NCBI RefSeq assembly: GCF_022045235.1
Contig: NW_027266286.1
Location: forward strand, 75,392,001 to 75,456,000
Source of the DNA: Haliotis cracherodii
Lineage: Eukaryota
Direction of reading: 5' to 3'
DNA: 64,000 nucleotides
The notes below the pieces were generated by a model that saw nothing but the letters and a program-made list of their open reading frames with translations, searched no databases and had not been told where the DNA came from. Below are positions 58,660 through 64,000 of this stretch, piece by piece. A program made the translations under genes and the position numbers. The first letter of the stretch is position 1. The number at the start of each line of letters is the position of its first letter.

Positions 58660-58985
58660 TAAAATGATAAGAAAGCTAGTCCTATGATTAATTACGTGAA
58701 GAAGAGTACCGCTTGAGTTCGGGAAAACGCTGGAATCAATGTATGTATCTATTATTTTGCTTGTACTCACTTACCACTTCAATATATGGGATAATGTTAT
58801 ATCTCTTGAACTACTTTTAGAGGCGCTTCATCTTAATGCCTTGAGAACAATATGTCGTGCAACACGTGGTGCAAGCCATTGTAAATTATGTAAAGAGACT
58901 GGTCTTCAGCCTCTCAGGAAAACAAGAGAAGCCAAGAAACTATGTTTATATTACAAAATGATAAATCCGAATGAAATCCGGTCAT
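58660..58985 (+). mobile_element. CR1/L2-like LINE ORF2 fragment
   Basis: LEALHLNALRTICRATRGASH.KL.KETG...L.LYYKMIN. Confidence 0.6.
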
Positions 58986-59899
58986 AAAGTGCTTAAGTGG
59001 TGAGTGGTATATACAAAGAACATAACCCCCAAACAGTATTCAATGTGACAGTACTGCAACAGTCTGAAGAGCATTGAAAACATCATCCATCAACATCTTG
59101 CATATCTAAGGTGTCATCCAAGATGGGAACCCAGGAACCTCAGTCTGCAAGGACTCCACCATGTAATAACTCAGACGAAACAAAGTTTATATATGTTTGG
59201 TAACGGGTAATGAGGCGTAGGTTCATCATCGGGTTCCAGAGACTGAACTTGCATCAATTCAATGTAAACACCCAACATTTTCTGCGCCTAAGACGTTTCG
59301 GAGTTATATCTTACAAATAAACTTATTAACAAATCCGAAACAACATTTACAAAAACAATTTTATGTTTTCAACATACGATCCATGAACCTTAGGAAACAG
59401 GCGTAAAATATATCTGACTGGTGTACAAGTAAAGTCTGTTTGCCTACAGAGTACTGGCATTCTCGTCCACGTGCATCCTACGAATTTTCTCAGGTTGTCC
59501 ATCGAGGATTGTGGCATACGAAAGGTTGCTGTGTGATGGTCTGGTTTGGTTTGCTCGAACGGGTCATCACCAGGATAGCATCTGCGATCATTTATATAAA
59601 GTCTGTCAGCTGTAAGATTTGCCTTTAGACCTCGTCGTTTAGCTTCCTTGAAGACTCATCGTGTGTTCCCTGTTTATCATGTTACAGTATTATCCTTCTG
59701 TTGTCATTACTTAACCTATTCATGTTAATCTCTCTCATGTTTGCAATTGTTCTTACTGTTAATCCTCCAACTACTATATATATTCTGGACCGTGTTAATT
59801 AATTCCGTCGCCTTTAGGTGAATAAAGAAGTTGTTATCCATAAATTGTGCCTACTTTGAAATCGGTTTCAGATTGCAACTTTGGCTGTCAGCAGCATCC

Positions 59900-60440
59900 C
59901 TGGATTATGTCTGATTAGTGCTGTAAGGCTTGACTGAAAGGAATCGGTAACGGGAGCATAACATCCGACAACGACTTCTAGGTGTACGTCACTTTGCTGC
60001 CACGACACTGAACTTCACGCCTGGCAAGGTCAATCTGAGGTTCAGATTACAAGGATCGGCTTTTAGTCCACTTCGCAGATGAGTGCAGGTTTCATCTTGA
60101 CAGCATCGAAGCTGTCAGCGTGTTCATCGACGAAGGATGGAGCGTTAACCAGACGTTCAACGTTCTGCATCCCGTAATGCGGGGAACCATCACTGTACAT
60201 CACAGGACCTCTCAGGTGGTGTTCGATAGAAATGTTACAGGTGCACAGTACCGTGATTAACTTAACCGTTAACCCTCAAGACCCCCCCCCCCCCCCCCGT
60301 TCCTTCAGATCCATGGACGTCACATCACTTTACATCAGTGTGGGATAAAATGCAACGCCGTTTACTTCCAAGCCAACCAGTGAAGTTGGTCAAGCTACGT
60401 CCGACAGGCCTCTGTGACGTTTACAGAGGACATATGTTGA
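59900..60440 (+). mobile_element. Tc1 transposase fragment
   Basis: FADECRFHLDS...GTITVHHRT...NVTGAQYRD pieces. Confidence 0.65.
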
Positions 60441-60796
60441 CACTACCATAATGAATTCGTGTTTCATTGACATCAATATATTGTTTTGTTTCAATGTACA
60501 TCTTTGTTTGTGTTGCTTTATTATTTCCAATGATAGTCAGTCATGTACAGGAATTTTTAAAAAGTATATCAGGCAACAGGGTATGTAATCTACCATATGT
60601 TGAGTCCCAGAGTGACGGATTGACGTCTCAGGTTTACAACAAAGGTATTGCAATTAAATGCTTCCCAAAGCAGATACTATTTAATATTTGATAACCTGGG
60701 CATCTGTGAACTAGATGTGATTTAGACGTCAGTGATGTATTCAGAACGTGTCAACTCGGGCAACCTGGTCCGACGACCCCCTGGTATCGCCCCTTG

Positions 60797-60835
60797 GTCA
60801 CGTGGACTCACCCTCGCTATCGGAGTGTATATACA
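60797..60835 (+). promoter_or_regulatory. E-box/CLEAR-like plus TATA-like motifs, copy 3
   Basis: gtcacgtgg...tgtatataca. Confidence 0.5.
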
Positions 60836-60881
60836 GGTTGCCAGTCAGTGTCTGGCTCTACTCGGTCAGCTAAGGTTTATC

Positions 60882-62980
60882 ATGTTGCTGTTGGTCGTAG
60901 CTCTCATCGTTCCTGCCCTGGGGGCCCGCCCAGGATTCACAGACACCGGCAGTCTAGAGTGGAGGGACTGTGGTATGTAAATTGATTGAGTGAATTAATA
61001 TTTTAACGTGGCAATATCAGCACTACAGCGATGAGAACACAACCTACATAGTCGGAGGTTTGAGTCCAAGATTCGCCACGAATACGATTCTAGGTTTGTC
61101 TGCACTATATCCATGCGATGTGTGCTCTAAAGTCCAAACTTTAAAACATGTAGTCCTTCGGGCTTTCCTCCACGTCAAGATGAAACACCGTCATATAACT
61201 GAAATAGTGTTCAAAGGGGCGCTTAACTCACTTCACTCACTCACTCGCATATTGTAGACTCTGATCATACGTTTTGAAAAGACATCATTGGGATGGTTCC
61301 CAACCATTGATAAAGATCGCATCAACCAACAGATGTATAAAACGTTTGACGTGACTTTGTTGGCACTCACTCACAAATACATGATGTATCATCATTAGGA
61401 TGGTTCCCAACCAGTGATAAATATAGAATACTAAACGAGCTCCCGTGTAATACCATTTTTATGAAAACGAGTGAATAGTTCTGGTATCTGACGAGCGAAA
61501 GCGAATCAGATACCACAACCAATCACGAGTTTCATAACATAGGTTGTACACGGGAACGAGTTTAGTATTTTATTTATTACTTGCCATTTATAACGTTTTT
61601 AGAATTATACTGTTGAGTGTGAATAGGCTGACACCTATATGATCCATGGCATAATCCAATTGAATCATACTTCAAACACGTCAAAAGTTGAAACGGTTGA
61701 ATTTAATACTATACAACGGTCCACCTTTAGAATTCAGGCGTCCGTTCCACAAAATTATCGTAGCGCTAAAGTTATCGCAACTGTGGCATGTAAACTGCGT
61801 GCGTGACTTATAAATACGATTCTATGGTTGTCAGCTTCATATCCATGCCTTAAGTTCACCAGAATGGTGACGTCCAAAAACTGCAGACCTTCGGGCCTCC
61901 CGCGCACGTCTAAAACCTGCAGACCTTCTGACCTCCCTCCAACATCTAAAACCTGAAGACCTTCGGCCCTCCCTCCCTCGTCTAAAACCTGAAGACCTTC
62001 GGCCCTCCCTCCCTCGTCTAAAACCTGAAGACCTTCAGACCTCCCTCCCACGTCTAAAACCTGAAGACCTTCGGCCCTCCCTCCCTCGTCTAAAACCTGA
62101 AGACCTTCAGACCTCCCTCCCACGTCTAAAACCTAAAGACCGCAGAGGCTTCACTTCCACATCAAGCTGACACACCATAATATAACTAAAATAGAAAACG
62201 TTAAACTGTCTTCACTCTCACACTCGGAAATATTGTTGACGCTGATCATATGTTTTGAAAAACACAACATATTATCATTGGGATGGTTCCCAACAATCAT
62301 AAAGAAACTCATCAACGGACATATGTATAAAGCCCCTTAAATGATTGTGTTTTACTGTTACAAATCATGAACAACTGATGTTATGTGGACATATCTCAGT
62401 CCATATTAGCTTATCTGACCCTATATGCCGAAAGGCATGCCTCGATGTGTGTGGACATGTCTGAGTCTATCTGAATCTATTTGAGTTTATATTCCGTATG
62501 GCATGTCTCGATGTGTTTATGTGAACATGTCTGAGTCTATCTGAGTTTATCTGACTCTATATGCCAAAAGGCATGCCTCGAAATGGTATGTGGATATGTC
62601 TGAGTCTATCTGAGCTTATCTGACTCTATATGCCGAAAGTCATGCCTCGATATGTTATGTGGACATGTCTGAGTCGATCTGGACCAGCTGCATGTTCCCT
62701 GTACAAATTTCTTTCAACGGCTACTGTTTGAACCAATCTATGTGAAAAGAGATAACTTTTCAATTTGTTTATCCATGTCAGGTTTTGGCGACTCCTGGGT
62801 TTCCGTGAAGCAGTTTGACATCACGCCCCTCCCCATCAAGCTTCCCGGAGATATGACTGTGTCCCTTGAGGTAGAAATCAAACAGTATCTCTCTGACCAG
62901 TTCACAATGGATGTTTTCATAGAGAAGAAGCTGCTCGGGATTTTCATCAAGGTGCCCTGTTTCCATGATTTGGGCACATG
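60882..62980 (+). CDS. GM2A: GM2 activator-like protein, copy 3, partial (exons 60882-60972, 62782-62980; remainder beyond window)
   Basis: MLLLVVALIVPALGARPGFTDTGSLEWRDC|GFGDSWVSVKQFDITPLPIKLPG...KVPCFHDLGT. Confidence 0.85.
61870..62160. repeat. 36-bp tandem repeat, ~8 copies, amplified from a SINE-internal segment
   Basis: tctaaaacctgaagaccttcggccctccctccctcg; single-copy relative at ~45455-45490. Confidence 0.85.
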
Positions 62981-64000
62981 GTAAGTGTTGAGTAAGGTTG
63001 ATGCTTGATTGAGAGATTGAGTGGCTAGATTAAACCCAGTTTTGAACAGTGTTTCGGAAATAACATTTAACAGTTGCCTAAGAAGACTGCGGAACGTGTG
63101 TGCTTGGAATTGTCAGGGCGAATTGATAGCAGCAGTGTAAAAAGGTAATAAATTACAGCTTACGTAAAAGACTCCCACAGTCACCGTCTTGAAATCCATT
63201 TTGGGTTTCCATCTGAGATATACAAAGGTGAACGGTGTTTCCAGCATTGACTAACATGAGGTGAACGGTACACCACTATCCCACATGACAAACTTAAGGA
63301 ATAACTTCATTCGTTGATCCATGGGGCTTAAGTTACAAAATGTGGTGACCACAGATACAGTTACGTATTTATATTCAGAGGTTTTAGCATTGACTGATAT
63401 AAGGTGTACGGAGTTTTCAGCAAAGACTAACATGAGGTAAACGGAGCTTCTAGCACTGACTAACATGAGGTGAGCGGAGTTTTCAGCATTGTCTATTCGA
63501 CATGAGCTGAGCGGAGTTTCCAGTACTTTCCAACACGATGTGAGCGGAGCCTCCAAATTCGATGTTTGTAGGGTGAGCGGAGTATCAAGCTGTCAAACTT
63601 GTTTTGAGGATAAATTCCGAATGCTTGTACCCACAAAACGTTCGTCAGGTTGCAGTTTATCTATTCAACATTAAACGATGCTCGGATGGTAAGATTGTAT
63701 GTAAACGATGCTCGGGTGGTAAGTGTGTGTATAAACGATGCTCGGGTGGTAAGTATTGGAGAAAACACGCTCACGAGGTTTTTGTGGACAGAGCATTCCC
63801 TTGGTGAGAGGGAAAAATCAAGGGGGCATGCTCTGTTTACCAAAACCGAGGGAAAGTGTTTTTCCATGCTTATAAACCGAAAAAAGAAACTTAAAACAAC
63901 ATTTATCAACATTTTTATGTTTCGAACATACCTTCCATGAACCTTAGGAAACGCGCGTAAAATATCTGTTGCTGGCGTACGGATCTTGAAAAGGACATTC

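Overview
Eukaryotic, intron-rich and repeat-rich invertebrate DNA; the SINE families and domain content suggest a mollusc (gastropod/abalone-like, inference only). The left ~26 kb holds, on the minus strand, a hand-reconstructed 22-exon, phase-consistent (~1,300 aa in window) secreted or cell-surface mosaic protein: signal peptide-EGF-ApeC-kringle-F-type lectin-F5/8C discoidin-PAN-CUB-CUB-C-type lectin-LDLa-LDLa. It appears to continue off the left edge. The right half holds three tandem plus-strand GM2-activator-like (ML domain) genes, two complete (186 aa each) and one truncated by the window end. The most striking feature is that four large minisatellites are amplified splice junctions of these genes: 47 copies of the kringle-exon donor, 17 in-frame copies of a discoidin-exon acceptor, and about 16 and about 128 copies of the exon-2 donor in GM2A-like copies 1 and 2. 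Copy 3 keeps a single unexpanded donor. The rest is Tc1/mariner, Gypsy and LINE remnants, SINEs, MITEs and other minisatellites, which generate most long ORFs in the ORF track.
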